Below are positions 13,495-26,300 of a DNA stretch of 64,000 nucleotides, one piece after another; positions within the stretch are counted from its first letter, which is position 1, and every line of letters begins with the position of its first letter. Where the stretch lies: the NCBI GenBank assembly GCA_032718475.1, contig JAUCBJ010006426.1, positions 1-64,000 of the forward strand, written 5' to 3'. A model generated the notes under the pieces. It saw nothing but the letters and a program-made list of their open reading frames with translations, was not told the origin of the DNA and searched no databases. The translations under genes were made by a program, and so were the position numbers. This DNA comes from Nemertoderma westbladi (lineage: Eukaryota > Animalia > Xenacoelomorpha).

Positions 13495-13710
13495 ACTGAA
13501 CAGACAGACCAACAAACAGACTTACTGACAAAGAGACAGACCAGACATACAATAAATTACAGAGACCACAGAAGTCATAAAATGTCTGTTTAAAACAATT
13601 GTGTGTTCTTATACAGCAATTTAGTAGATAAATGTACTTGACTAAAATGGACAGACAGACCAACAAACAGACAGACTGACAGGCAGACAGACATGATTGT
13701 CTGTCTATAT
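13495..13710. repeat. (CAGA)n-rich simple repeat
   Basis: Clusters of CAGACAGAC/CAAACAGAC at ~13500-13550 and ~13650-13705. Confidence 0.6.
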
Positions 13711-14387
13711 TTTTAAAAAACGGACCAAAACGGAATTCTCAGGAACCTAACTAAAATTTTGAAATGCCCCAATTCACTGCCTGCCCTGGCAGCCTAATGA
13801 ACTACTGTATTCCTTCGATTAGAGAACAAACACCGAATAGTAGAAGATAAATTACTATTGATATATACCCCGTTCACTAATAGAACATAGATAAATTACT
13901 GTTGGTTTTAGCAGGCAAATACACAAGAATAAGTTACTGTAGAATAAAATACCCCAATGTATCACTGTAGCGATATATATACCATTTTTCACAAATGGAT
14001 AAAATAATTATTTCATAAAGCAAAAACAATTCAAAACAAATCAAGCAAAACAATCCTGTCCTGACTATTTTTTTATATATATTGTTGTAATTGAGTAGGC
14101 CAATTTGTAAATGTATCATTTAATTCAATAATTGTACATACTTTACCATTTTACCGTTTTAAGTATTCATAAAATATAACTAAAGATAATATTAAAAGTA
14201 TTTAAAAAAAGTGACTGACGGGTAAAAAAGTTATGCTGGAGCAAAATAATAAAAGATGCTATTAAAAAAAACTTATTCTTTTTAGTATTTAAACAATACA
14301 GTTTGGGAATGGTTAAATATTATTATATCGTAATCCGAATGGATATTTAATTTTTCTTAGTTTTTTTTGGTATTGCATTTATAAGTT

Positions 14388-14692
14388 TTATGTAAACCAT
14401 TCCATTCGGATTCCGTGAAATCTTCCAATCCCAAGCACACATTGTGTATCCAATATGTACGACTTTTGCCCCCAACGTTTGTCACACCCCAACCAAAAGC
14501 CCGCCGTTTTCTTGTCATCAGCACTGTTCCACATTGCTTTGCAAAGTTTGCACTGATTCGCGATGGTTAACTGTCTTTTCTTGATTATTGGTTCCACTCT
14601 GGTCATTGGGGACAGTCCCAGGGCCACATCTGCTTGAGAAAGCTGCCGACTGACAGTGGGTGCCCTGATCGAAGTCCAACGATTTATTGCCT
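14388..14692 (-). pseudogene. Decayed exon encoding a PHD-type finger resembling those of the 35608 accessory ORF
   Basis: CKLCKAMW...GFWLGCDKRW then, after a frameshift, WIHNVCLGIG; putative acceptor ...ATTTACAG at ~14692. Confidence 0.55.
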
Positions 14693-15284
14693 GTAAATAT
14701 TGTATTAATAGTAACAAGTTTTTTTATTATTGTCGAAGAAAGAAAAAATTATTTAAAATTATAATTGTGAATATTTTATAATTTTATAATAAATTGTTCG
14801 GTGCATAGTTACATCTTCATCGTTGAGTGGGGCATTGTTACGCTCTTGGTAAAGTTGTACAAAGATTATAAAGTATTATAAATTGGTATAATAAACTAAC
14901 ATCCATTCCATTTGCCTCAATGTTATTCTTTAATGTATCAAATCCCGAATCAGGGTGTATGAAAACAATGGTCTCTTTCTCTTTTCAGATTAGTATAGCA
15001 ATCCCACAACTTTCTGGCGTTTATTGATTGAATTTATCAACCTATTAACATTTTTATCTAGGAATTAATAATAATTGTGTTTGTGATTTCAATTTCAATT
15101 TTGTATGCAAGTCTTTTATTATATTAACTTGAATGTGAATAATATAATATCATAATAATAAATATAATATAACTTATGTATAATAAAATTATTAACATAA
15201 TCCATCCGTGTTTGTTTTGTCTTTAGTGGTCACGTATTTAACCCTATTAAACCCGGGGGGGGGGGGGGGGGGCAGTCTCTATAC

Positions 15285-16645
15285 AAGACTGTAATGCATT
15301 TACACTTCGACCCTTCTCCAGTGATCACCGCCTTATTGTGGCCAAGGTAAGACTTAGTCTGCGTGCTAGCAGAATAACGAAATCTGCTCTCTGTTGCAAC
15401 AGCCAAGTGTGAGATCCAGCTTCACACTACAGCTGAGCAACAGGTATGAGGCTCTTGCCTCTGAGGCGGCAGATCACTGTGAGGGCTATACTGCCTTTAC
15501 AGAAGCAGTTAAGTTAGCAGCTGCAGAAACAGTTCCTGTATACCCTCGAAACAGGAAAAGGGCCCCCTGGTCTGACAACAAAATTCAGAAGTGCCGAAAT
15601 GACCTCTACAAGGCGCAGAAAGAGTCCCGACTCAAATAGACTACAGCGGCCAAGAATGCAGTTAAGGCCGCATCTAGGTCCCTGAACAGGCAGTACTCCG
15701 TTAATTTACAGGAGCTAATAAACGAACAGGTTGATTCCATCAATGATGCTGATGACAGCAGGCAATCATCCCAGGCATGGAGATCGATTAACTTGCTTGC
15801 TGGTCGAAAAAGCCAACCAACCGCCAAGGTTAAGGCTGAATCACCAGCCGATCGCCTCAATGGTTGGAAGGCCCACTTTGAAAAGCTGCTCAATAATGAC
15901 AGGGTATTGCCTGATAACTTTATAGAAGTAAAAGTGTCTGAGTCTGTACTCCCAGATATTCCCATTGGTGATATCTCCTTTGCAGAAGTGAAGGCTGCTG
16001 CAAAGAGCATTAAGACCAATCGTGCCAGTGGAGTAGCTAGATGGTGTTCCCCCTGAGGTCTTTAAAATACCTGAGTGTTTAAAGCTCATCTATCCCATCA
16101 TAGTAGACATGTACCGAACAACAAGAGTCCCACAAGAAATGAAAACAAATAAGTTGGTGCCAGTTCCCAAGAAGGGCAACCTAACACTCTATGGTTCTTT
16201 TCGGGGAATATCATTGATCTCGATTGCTGCAAAGCTATACAATAGAATTATATTAAATCGTATCAGGGATCCCATTGAGAGACTGCTCCGTGGAAATCAG
16301 AATGGGTTCCGTAAAGGTCGTGGGACCATGGAGCCCATTTTGGCACTTAGAAGGATAATTGAAGAGTTATCAAAAAAGAAAGACAGGCATCTGGCTGTTA
16401 TCTTTGTTGACTTCTTCAATGCCTTTGATTCAGTCTCTCACTCACATATGTTCAGCATACTTTCATTATATGGGATTCCTGATGAAATTATTGCAGCAAT
16501 CAGATCAGTATACGATGGTTCGACAACATTTGTGTCTACTGTTGATGGTGACACAGAACCATTTGAAGTGTTATGGGGCGTCCTCCAGGGAGACACACTT
16601 GCACCATTCTTGTTCATAATTGTTGTTGACTATGTTTTACGCACG
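15285..16645 (+). pseudogene. RTE-like LINE ORF2 fragment (end of APE to RT domain 4), disrupted
   Basis: SDHRLIVAKVRL; VPVPKKGNL...FRGISL...AKLYNRII; QNGFRKGRGT; FVDFFNAFDSV; GVLQGDTLAPFLF; ends before the YADD motif. Confidence 0.9.
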
Positions 16646-16960
16646 TATGGTGTTCAACTGTCACAATTATTCGGAATAAAGTCTAACCCGGAGAACGACA
16701 CTCACTCGAAGTTTGTACTACGCTGCCTGGAACTGGTATTTGATGACAGTGTTTTAAGAAACAATTCCAAAATTGGTAAAGAAAGCCGTGAATCAACGAA
16801 CAAACTCCAGCTCGATATTGGAAGAGTAAACTGGTGTAAGTTCGTTATCTTTAAGATGCGACCAGTCAACACTGGAGAGGATATGAGAAAATTATGGGGT
16901 CGAATTCAAATAATGTAAACACAGCCATAACGAAACGTTACAACAAAAATTATAACTAGT
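16646..16960 (+). pseudogene. BEN-domain-like coding fragment fused in frame to the truncated RT
   Basis: SKFVLRCLELVFDDSVLRNNSKIG......K.QLDIGRVNW...LWGRIQ, then after a frameshift NVNTAITKR; fits the BEN pattern F...L...F....L...S..G.....LD..RV...W.....N. Confidence 0.5.
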
Positions 16961-17329
16961 AACTCTGTACTATATATACCTACTGTTAAACTGTGAATGC
17001 ATGTTTTGTTTATATTTTACTATATTTACAGTACCTGTTTACCATTTATTGTTGTATGCAATATTTATTAACCCTTTACCACGCCCTTTTGCAAGTCCTG
17101 TTTTGTGTCCAATTATAAATTAATTATTATATTATTATAAATTAAACTAGTTCAAACATGGGGGGTGGTTGGTTTTTCTGAATAATATCCCAATCTGCCC
17201 TCCATCACCGTCTCATTGCCCCCTGCCAATGCTTCACTCCTACCGCTAGACCCAACCGCAACATCACTCCACAACCACCAGCACGACTACCGTTCATTGT
17301 CCCTATTCCAGCCCCAAGTCGCCGTTTTA

Positions 17330-17605
17330 TATCCCCACCCCAACCGGCTCCTCGTCAATGTTTTGTTGTCTCTCCTCCCCAACCTGCCCCCAGTCAAAGT
17401 TTTATCCCCTCTCCCCAACCAGCTCCTCGTCAACGTTTTGTCTACCCTCCCCAACCTGCCCCCCGTCAAAGTTTTGTCCCCTCTCCCCAACCAGCTCCTC
17501 GTCAACGTTTTGTCTACCCTCCCCAACCTGCCACCCGTCAAAGTTTTGTCTACCCTCCCCAACCTGCCACCCGTCAAAGTTTTGTCTCCCCTCCCCAACC
17601 TGACC
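17330..17605. repeat. 36-bp C-rich tandem repeat (~8 units)
   Basis: Unit CTCCCCAACCTGCCCCCCGTCAAAGTTTTGTCCCCT alternating with a CAGCTCCTCGTCAACG variant. Confidence 0.85.
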
Positions 17606-17898
17606 CCTGTTTCATCTCCTCTCCACAACCATCCCCAAGACGTCGATTTATCTCCCCGCAATCCTCCCCCACCCCTATGTCACCCGATTTTACTCCACCA
17701 GTTTCCCCGATGTTGATCACCCCACCACCCTCACCATTCGTTACTGTCTCTTATCGTCGTCCCCATTCTCAACTATCTAATTATCTAATACTATCTAATA
17801 ATTATTAAAACCATATACAGTTTAATATATTCAAATATCCAAATCCTTCCCCATACTTTCATTATTATTACTTACTATGGAACATAAGTTTGTCGAAT

Positions 17899-18703
17899 CA
17901 GTCATCACAGTCATCAGAACATCAGTCAAAACAACAAAAGGCTTATAAATTAATTGGATCAATAAACAACCTTCATCTCCTTTCCATTGAAACAGCTCTA
18001 AAGATTTTCGAAATAAAGATTGCCCCAATGGCACTTTATGGCTTCAAAAGTTATAGCCACCACCTTAAGCTGCAAAATCTAAAAGATATTGATCGGATCA
18101 AATCGCGCTTTGTAAAGAAAATGTTATGTCTACATAAATCATCGTCTTCGACAGCTGCAATAAAGCTTGCCAACTCAAAGATGTTTATAGAGACGACTCT
18201 AGACAAGAACCCTGATATCCTTAATCCAGACGTTCTAGAACAATATAGAGCACACAGGGAGGAGCGCACCGCCAACTTCGCAGCCAGGGGGTACCAGCGT
18301 GGCCCAGGGTTCACCACTAACTGGTGGAGACTCCCGGGGCAACGCAAAAGACACATCATTACCAGGACCACGATCCACGGCTGGCACCACAGGATCTGCG
18401 TAAACCGCCGATACCACGACCCGGAGGACAAATGTGTCTGTTTGTTCTGCAATGGCTGCTGCAGCGACAGATACCACGTCCTGTCTTGCCCGGACTGTCC
18501 TCGACCCGAAGCCCTCGCTACAGAAACCAACTAGAAAGGATAACTGGTGCAAAACATCTGCCGCTAACCATTTCTTTTTTTTATTAACATTTGTTTTTTA
18601 CTAACTATTTATTGTGCTTAAATATAGAATTAATTGTGCTTTTTCTTTTTTAATACTGGACTTAATATACTTACCCCTAAAGGGGTGTAACTTCTTTTAA
18701 AAA
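17899..18703 (+). mobile_element. 5'-truncated non-LTR retrotransposon copy with 15-bp TSD
   Basis: ATAAGTTTGTCGAAT at 17884-17898 and 18704-18718; ORF end has the post-RT motif KIFEIKIAPMALYG and a Cys/His cluster (CVCLFC...HVLSCP); short hairpin ACCCCTAAAGGGGT before an A-rich end. Confidence 0.85.
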
Positions 18704-18745
18704 ATAAGTTTGTCGAATTCGAATACGATATCATACAGTATTTAA

Positions 18746-20390
18746 CACCTGAACAGCCGGCATTTTGATATACCTAGAACAGCCAAAGTGAGTCAATTGA
18801 CTCATTTTAGTTTTGAGGCTATTTTTTGGTATTTAAAACCAAAATTACATCTTGAAATGTCTTTAATATAGTTCACATGTATTATGCAATCATTATGATA
18901 TATGTATATATTAACTGATGTGATGACTCATCACAATGATGAAGATGTGGCTGGCCACGAGAAAAGGGACCTTATGTCGCAAAACCTGATTCTGAGATAA
19001 TCGCGTTTAAAGTTTCCCTCTATTTTTGGACAAATTTGATTGGATTATCAATTTAGAAATGTATAAAACGATGAGGGAAATTCAAATTGGTTCTGATATT
19101 CATTATACCTAGGAAATAACTAATTACAGGAAGCAATATAAGATGTTGCAGTATTCTATATCCCACTGTTTTAGGGTTTTCATGTCTGAATTTAGGACTG
19201 AAATAAATTCTACTACTGTAATATATGTAGGTACTGTAGGCCTACAGTTATTTTTTAAATGCAATATACAGTAGCTATCATTTTCTTAATTTCATTGTTT
19301 ACATTATCAGTTCATTATCTGTGAAATCTTGCATGTCAACATGGCATTTCTAAGACGACGTATGAATTCTTCTCAAGCTTTGAGAAGGCTACAAGAACTA
19401 ATAGATTTCGATGATATGGACAGTGGTAGTGATGCAAGTGATGGTGAAGTTAATGATGATGCTGATGCTGAGATGCAGTTGGAGTCCGATTCAAGTGATA
19501 ACGACTCATCAGAAAATGATTCATCAGATGAAGCTGTCCCAAATGAAGATCAAAAAATTAGAAGTTGTGACGGTACAGAATGGACAATACTAAGAGCAGG
19601 ATCGACGGGAAAGTTCCAAAAACAAAATGTGCTAAGAAGAGCATCAAGAGTGACTGCCTACTGCAGAATTGTAGAAACGCCTATTGATGCCTGGCGACTC
19701 TTGATCGATGAAGGATTACTACACAATATAGTTCAATGCACCGAGGAATATGCAAAAACTTTCAATGTTGACTGGAATGTATCCGAAGATGAACTTGATG
19801 CTTTTATTGGATTATTATACATGAGAGGCTTATCAAATCAGCGAAATTTTCCGTTGGATTTACTTTGGTCAAATGAACTGGGCTCTCAGATATTCAAAGA
19901 TACCATGTCGCGTAATCGTTTTAGAGAAATAAAAAAATTTCTTCGGTTTGATCGAAAATCTACAAGACGTATATGTTTAGAGGATGATAAATTTGCTCTT
20001 GCTTCCGAAATTTTGGATCGATTTGTGGAAAACAGTCAAAAGGCTTATCTTCCAGATGAATCCCTCACTATTGATGAGCAGCTGTTTCCGACTAAAGCGC
20101 GCTGCAGGTTCACTCAATACATGCCAAATAAGCCTGATAAGTTTGGGATAAAATTCTGGATATTGGCGGAATTAGACTCAAAGTACTGTCTGAACATTCG
20201 TCCGTATCTTGGCCGAGATGAAACGAGAACTGAACAGCTAGGAACTCATGTTGTGATGACACTGATGAAGCCATACTTTGGATTTGGTTATAATGTCACT
20301 ACCGATAATTATCAAACACTCAAACTCATAGAGAAACGGACTTCGATAGTAGGTACGGTACGTGGAAACAGACGGGAAATACCTACAGAA
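18746..20390 (+). mobile_element. 3'-truncated piggyBac (left end plus N-terminal part of transposase)
   Basis: TTAA (18742-18745) followed by CACCTGAACAGCC; ORF has an acidic N-terminus, MSRNRF, IDEQLFP..RCRFTQYMPNKPDKFGIK, VTTDNY, GTVRGNR; third Asp, CRD and right end missing. Confidence 0.85.
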
Positions 20391-21345
20391 TACATGTCTG
20401 TTGTAGGTACCATCAACTCAAGACAGGGGGTGGGGGGGGGGGGGGGTCATGGTTCATGGGTCACGTTTCATTACATACATAGTTCATTCATTACACACAG
20501 TATACTATATGCAGCTGCAGTGTTATAGATAAAATAATAAACTACAGGGTGACAGGTACTGTACAGTATGTAACAGGCAGATTTTATGTTTTATACATCA
20601 GTCAGTCAGCCCGGCGCAGCATTTTGCATTGCACAGAGCCAGTGCATGATTTTTGGCCCTTGCATGGGCGTGGGTTTGCACAGAGCCGACGCAGGATTTT
20701 TAGCACCTGGCGTTGTTTTGCAGAGCCGGCACAGGATTTTTTTTACACCCAGTGTGGTTTTGCTCAGAGCCAGCGCAGGATTTCTGGCACACAGCGGCGC
20801 AGGATTTCTGGCACCCAGCGCCGCAGAAAATAAAACTATTCTAGGGCCTACAATACTACAGTACTGTAATGATTAGTACATTATTTTTTTATAATATTAT
20901 TATAAAAGTATTTATTAATGTAAGTACCGGTACAGTACCGGTCAGTATACCGGTACAGTACAGGGCCGGATTAACCAAAGCAGAGGCCCTGGACTAATAA
21001 AAATGTGGAGGCCCCCAGCCCCCCCCCCCCCCCCCCCCCCCCCCCGTAAAAAAATATCAAAAGTTTGGTTCGAACAAACAAACAGACAGACAAGATATAA
21101 ATACAAAATATTAAATTTTATTTCACCCTGCAGCTGCAAATGAGTCGATGATTCTCTGTAACTTTTAACTTCATCATTTTTCCGAGGCTACAGTAAATGA
21201 CCCGCATTACTTCATTAAACGTGGCTCGGCCCGCAAACTTGGTTTTGTAATTTTGTAATATATACGTTTAATTTCCTGATCCTGTAAATAATATAAGAAT
21301 AATAGGCCTATTTAATATGTTCACTCACAGTTACATCACATTTCT

Positions 21346-24023
21346 TCAGCATTTTAATAAGGCAAAATCATCAATAATTGAGCTGCAATCCATATCACGA
21401 ACAATGTCACTTTCTATAGCCATCAGGGCTAGATTTGATAATCGTCCATGACCCATCGATGAACGCAACACATTCTTAATCCGTTTGAGGAAATTGAAGC
21501 TGCGCTCACCACTACAGTTTGTGGAAAACTGGCAGAGATAGATGCGTAAAGCAACTTCTACATTCGGAAACGTTGATAATAAATCGGAGTCGAATATTAT
21601 TGAATACAGAGACATTGCAGTAATCTTAGCGAGCTTGCATCCTCTAACGAAGCAACAGAACTGCGCAAACTCACCGGGAAAGTCTGGCTCGATATCACAG
21701 CTGTAAATCTCTGTAAGGTGTGTTGCTTTTTGATGCAGGGATTCTGAACTTAGTGATTCAAATTCTGTTAGAAAACCGAATTTATCATAAACTGTCCTGT
21801 ACGCCTCTATGCGGGTATTCAATGCAGCTATCAACTGGTCAATGATAATTAAGAAAGTTTCTCTTCGAAATTTATCTCGGCCTGACAATGGGTCTTCATC
21901 GGGAATCGGGTTATCATCAAAACTAAATCAAAATATTCAGTGTGAAGTAGGTAATTTTGTTCCACGGATGAAACTCTATTATAATAAATTAATTAACTGT
22001 TTAATTAATTTTATTTAATTTATTTAATTAATTTATTTATTTAATTTATTAATTAATAGTATCACTTACCGCGTATTTCGTCGTCGAGTTCTTCTGATAT
22101 TAACAACATAGTCGACATCAACTTTCTTGAGTGCCTTTGCCTCAATTTCATCAAAGCCATGCCTTAAATTGTTTAGAAAGTCGACTAAAGACTTCAGAAG
22201 CGTGATGGCCGAGTTTAAATCAATATCATTTTTCTGTAATGATTTACTTGTTGCATTGAACCGTTGAAGAACTATACTCCACAGCTCGGCCACAATGGCA
22301 GTTTCTAAACTTTCCATATTTGTAGCCAAACATCTCGATTCGTGCCTCACATCAGCCTTCTGATCCTCATCAGCTGAAATACTTTCCAGTGCCTCAGCAA
22401 TCTCTTTAAATTGTTTCATGAACGCTTGGGTTGCATCAGCATGAGCTGACCATCTCGTGTCTGATAGACGCTTGACTGTTACTGGGTGGGGATTGGATGC
22501 AGGATCTTTTGTTAAGCAGTTGGTAAGAACACCCCACCGATATGTAGAAGCTGAAAAAAATGTATAAATATGCTGCAGTAGCCCGAAAAGATACTGCAGC
22601 AGGACAGCAATCCACAGCACATTGGCCAACTAAATTTAGTGAATGAGCGGCACAGGGAATATAATCAACGAGTGAATTCTGCTGCAGCAGCCGCGCTTGA
22701 ACGCCTTTATACTTACCACTCATGTTAGAGGCATTATCGTAACATTGCCCACGACAGTATTTAAAATCTATTTTTAGCTCACTTAAATATTTTAGCAAAG
22801 ATTCTGCAATAACTTCTCCGGAATGGCCTTCAATTTGCAAAAAATGCAAAAAGCGTTCAACGGGTTTGTGGATTTTGGGGTTAATATATCACAACACCAG
22901 CGTCCATTGATCAATATGTTCCAAGTCCGGCGTTGAGTCAATGCTGACTGAATAATATTTGGCATCGTGAACCTCTTGTACTATAATCTTTAAGGCTGTT
23001 TCACCCATTAAAGAAATGAACTCTTCACATTTAGTGGAAGACAAATACGAAACATTCAGACAAATACGAAACATTCCCTCTTCCAGTGTTACCATATTTT
23101 GCAATATGGGTTGATAAGAATGGATCAAATTTGGCTATTAGTTCTAAAGCCCCAAGATAGTTCCCATTAGAAACAGATCCAAATGTTTCATTGTCACCTC
23201 GGAAAGGAAGTCCCCATTCTGATAAAAATTTAACTACAGCAACAATGCGCCTAAGAACATCCCGCCAATAGTTTTTTTCGTTTTCAAACTGAGTTTCCAG
23301 TTCACTGTCAATCCATCCCGGAGCTGTCTGTCTGCTGCAAAAGCTAAACATTGCCTTTCTATGGTCAGCAGATATTTCATGCTCTGCAATATGGTGAGAA
23401 CTGTGTTGCCAGTCACTATATCCAGACTGTGCAAGCTGTGATGTAGATGTTGAATATAGCCGGCATACAAAGCAATATACACTTCCAAGCGATGGTGAAT
23501 AAAGCAGCCATTCACGTTTCACCTTTTCTCCATTACATTGATTGATTCGAGAAAATAAATTTCGTGATAAATAATGTTTCTGAGACTTGGTTTGTCTCTC
23601 GGAGGACATCAAATCCGCATCACGATTCTGGCAGGAAGATGGTCCTATCTTGGACCAATAGTTAACAAGATCGGTGTTGATACTCCACAATGCAGGATCT
23701 GTACTTGGTTTAGTTGATCTTGATATTGCAGGTGCAGGTACTGAATGACTTTGATCAAAATTCAACTCACCAGAATGCCCAGGTTCAAGTTCAACATCAC
23801 CATCATGTGGATCACTGGCTGATGACATATGTAGATCCTCAGCCTCACGATCAACACTCGAAGTTGAAGTTGGCATTGGGAGATCCTGATCAATAATTGC
23901 TGACTGGGATATACTGAAATATTGAGACAATTTCGGCGTCTTTGATAGCAAAAGGTCATCTTCAGCTGTTTTCTTTGCTTTATTCTTTCGCTTTGAACTT
24001 CCACTCATAAACACAGGTGACAT
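21346..24023 (-). pseudogene. hAT transposase, frameshifted, one intron (22069-21923)
   Basis: TTF-type finger (WLLYS...YCFVC...HE.S..H), DSTPD, GQCYDNASNMSG, CAAHSLNL, TRWSA and dimerisation motif CSGERSF..LKRIKN.LRS; a GT-AG intron restores RRNTR|FDDNP; 19-bp duplication at ~23040-23077 breaks the frame. Confidence 0.9.
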
Positions 24024-25177
24024 CTTTCAGTCTTTGAAGTAAGCAGGAAAGTTGTTAAGTTAATAGCAATACAATATATATAATAAACAAAGATTTTTTA
24101 GATTTTATTTTAGATAGATTTTAATTAGGCCTATTTCTTTTGTGTCTGTTATATTGTGTTTGTTTATAGTATCACAGTCCCTAGCCCCCCCCCGCCCCAC
24201 GGCCACACCCACAAACAAACTAACAATCTGACTGCCCCCCCCCCCCCCGGACTGTAATACAAATTGCACTTAATATTTTGGAGCAAAAATAATAATTCAA
24301 TAACTAAAAAACACTAGTACACAGTTTTATAGGTACAGTAAAGTCCGGGGGGGGGGGGGGGGGGGGGCGTCAGATAGATAGTAAAATAATATAATATTAT
24401 TATTATAATACAAAATAATATTGAAAGTGACGTTTTGATTGAAATTGAGCCTATTATGAATAATGATTTCAATATGGCGCCCCCTTTAAAGTGCCAGGGT
24501 GGTGTTCACTGTACAGTATGTATGACTGCCTGCATAGTCGTGTGTGAGCAAGCCAATCCAGTGGCTAGGGGAATGTCAGAGTAGGCCCCTTTCCATTATT
24601 GGTTTGCTTGAGGCTGGCTGTAATGGGATCAATGTATCAATGTAACCAACAAAGAGGTTAATAAAGGCACTACACACTAAGGCAGTGAGCCTATCCTCCT
24701 ACCACACATCACATCCTATCTAGAGGCATTCATTCTCTGCAGTGTTTGTTGGCCTAAGGCTTAAGGTAGATCCGGCCCTGTGAGCGTGAGACAGAGACAG
24801 GTAGTGGTGTCCAGTAGTAGGCTTTGCCTCATCATTCAATGTATACAGTCCAAGCCTGGTGGGCCCTGATCCAGTGCTTGCCTCTATGTTAAGACGGCAC
24901 TGTGTAGGCTGCTGCAGAGATAAATAAATAGGTGTGGGGGGGGGGGGGGGGGGGGTGTGGGTGTGGGGGTGTAACTCGTAGGAAGGGATGCCATAAATAG
25001 TGGATTTCTTGACAGCCTCGGAGCTTAAGCGTAAGCGTTTGCATTCACATAAAAAAGATAAACAATATATTAATTTTTTTAACACCATTTTTTAAATAAA
25101 AAGGTTGTAATTTTTCGAGGCCCCTAGATATCGGGAGGCCCTGGACTGCAGTCCATTTAGCCCTGCTGTTAATCCGG

Positions 25178-26241
25178 TGTAACAGCGGATTCTGTCCCCC
25201 CGCGGATATGGTCCGGGGGGACCGAATCCGCTAGCGGATTGAGTCCGGGGGGACCGAATCCGCTAGCGGATTCTGTCCCCCCTCCGCAGATTGAGTCCCC
25301 CCTTAAATTATAATTTTACAGTACAGTCAGACAGTGCTGAGTGCAGCAGTACTGGTACTGACATAGCAGCGTAGCTTATGCATTAAATTATAGACTGATT
25401 AAAACTGCAGTAGCTACCACTACTGCGTTAAACTAAATTCCCACATCTGTATATACTGATATAGTCGCATCAGTACAGTAGGCTATTATGGCCAACTTCG
25501 ATGAGACGCAGCTTTATCAAGCCGTCTATAATTATATTTCGGGAGATGACACATATCCAGTCAATTCAACAAAGTTGCAACTATACTCAGGAAAGCGGCT
25601 AATTTCAACATTATAGATTCATTATGGATGAGGGATGATTACATGAGGAGGAGGAAGATATTGTACTGTCCCTATTACAGTAAATAATCATACTGTAGTT
25701 CGAGTTGTCAGGTGTATTTGGTTGGATTTGTCATTGGTCAGTTGGTGTCATTTCGGTATATTCAGGTATATTCAGTTCAGCTGTTACACCTAAACCCAAC
25801 TGAGTAACAGTTATTCATATTCATTCATGTTCATTCATATTATTATAGTTTGCAGGTGGGGAGGATAAATTTTCTAATAATAAAAAGGTTAAAACAATAT
25901 AACCTCATTACAATAAATTTATCGTACTACGAAATTGGAGAGGAGCAGGTTACACACAATGTTTTCTAACCAGAACAATAAACGATACATACTGAATAAC
26001 CGGTCTGCCAGTATTGTATCCATTGACAATAAGGAAGGGAACGGAGCAGTCTGGCAGTGTATTTTGAATTTATTGCAATAACATTGGGGGGACCAAATCC
26101 GCGAACGAGGACCCAATCCGCTAGCAGATTTGGTCCTAGGGAGACCAAATCTGCTAGCGGATTGGGTCCGGGGGGACTAAATCCGCTAGCAGATCTGGTC
26201 CGGGGGGACCGATTCTTCGGGGGACTGAATCCGCTGTTACA
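25178..26241 (+). mobile_element. Non-autonomous Ginger1-type element
   Basis: Ends TGTAACAGCGGATTC...GAATCCGCTGTTACA; CCGG TSD (25174-25177, 26242-26245); ~33-bp subterminal repeats with AATCCGCTAGCGGATT; relic N-terminus MANFDETQLYQAVYNYISGDDTYP at ~25488. Confidence 0.8.
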
Positions 26242-26300
26242 CCGGCACTGGTCAGTCAGCTGGTACCCTATATAATTAACTCACCAATCAACTCTTAAAA

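Larger units (their letters stand above)
20961..26250 (-). mobile_element. hAT-superfamily DNA transposon (ZMYM1/DUF4371-type)
   Basis: Left end CAGGGCCGGATTAA; right end TTAATCCGG[Ginger insertion]CACTG; GAGGCCCTGGACT subterminal motif at both ends; 8-bp flanks only partly similar (GTACAGTA vs GTCAGTCA). Confidence 0.8.

Noticed and set aside
7506-16645. Joining the RT thumb fragment at 7506 and the RT at 15285-16645 into one element
   Set aside because: Order is reversed (C-terminal piece lies upstream on the same strand), so they are treated as separate copies.
17216-17716. Proline-rich 166-aa ORF and its antisense ORFs as genes
   Set aside because: Explained by a stop-poor 36-bp repeat; no ATG start or domain evidence.
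20391-20876. C-terminal part of the 399-aa ORF and following short ORFs
   Set aside because: Transposase similarity ends near 20390; the rest is read-through into poly-G and short GCAGAGCC/GCAGGATTT repeats.
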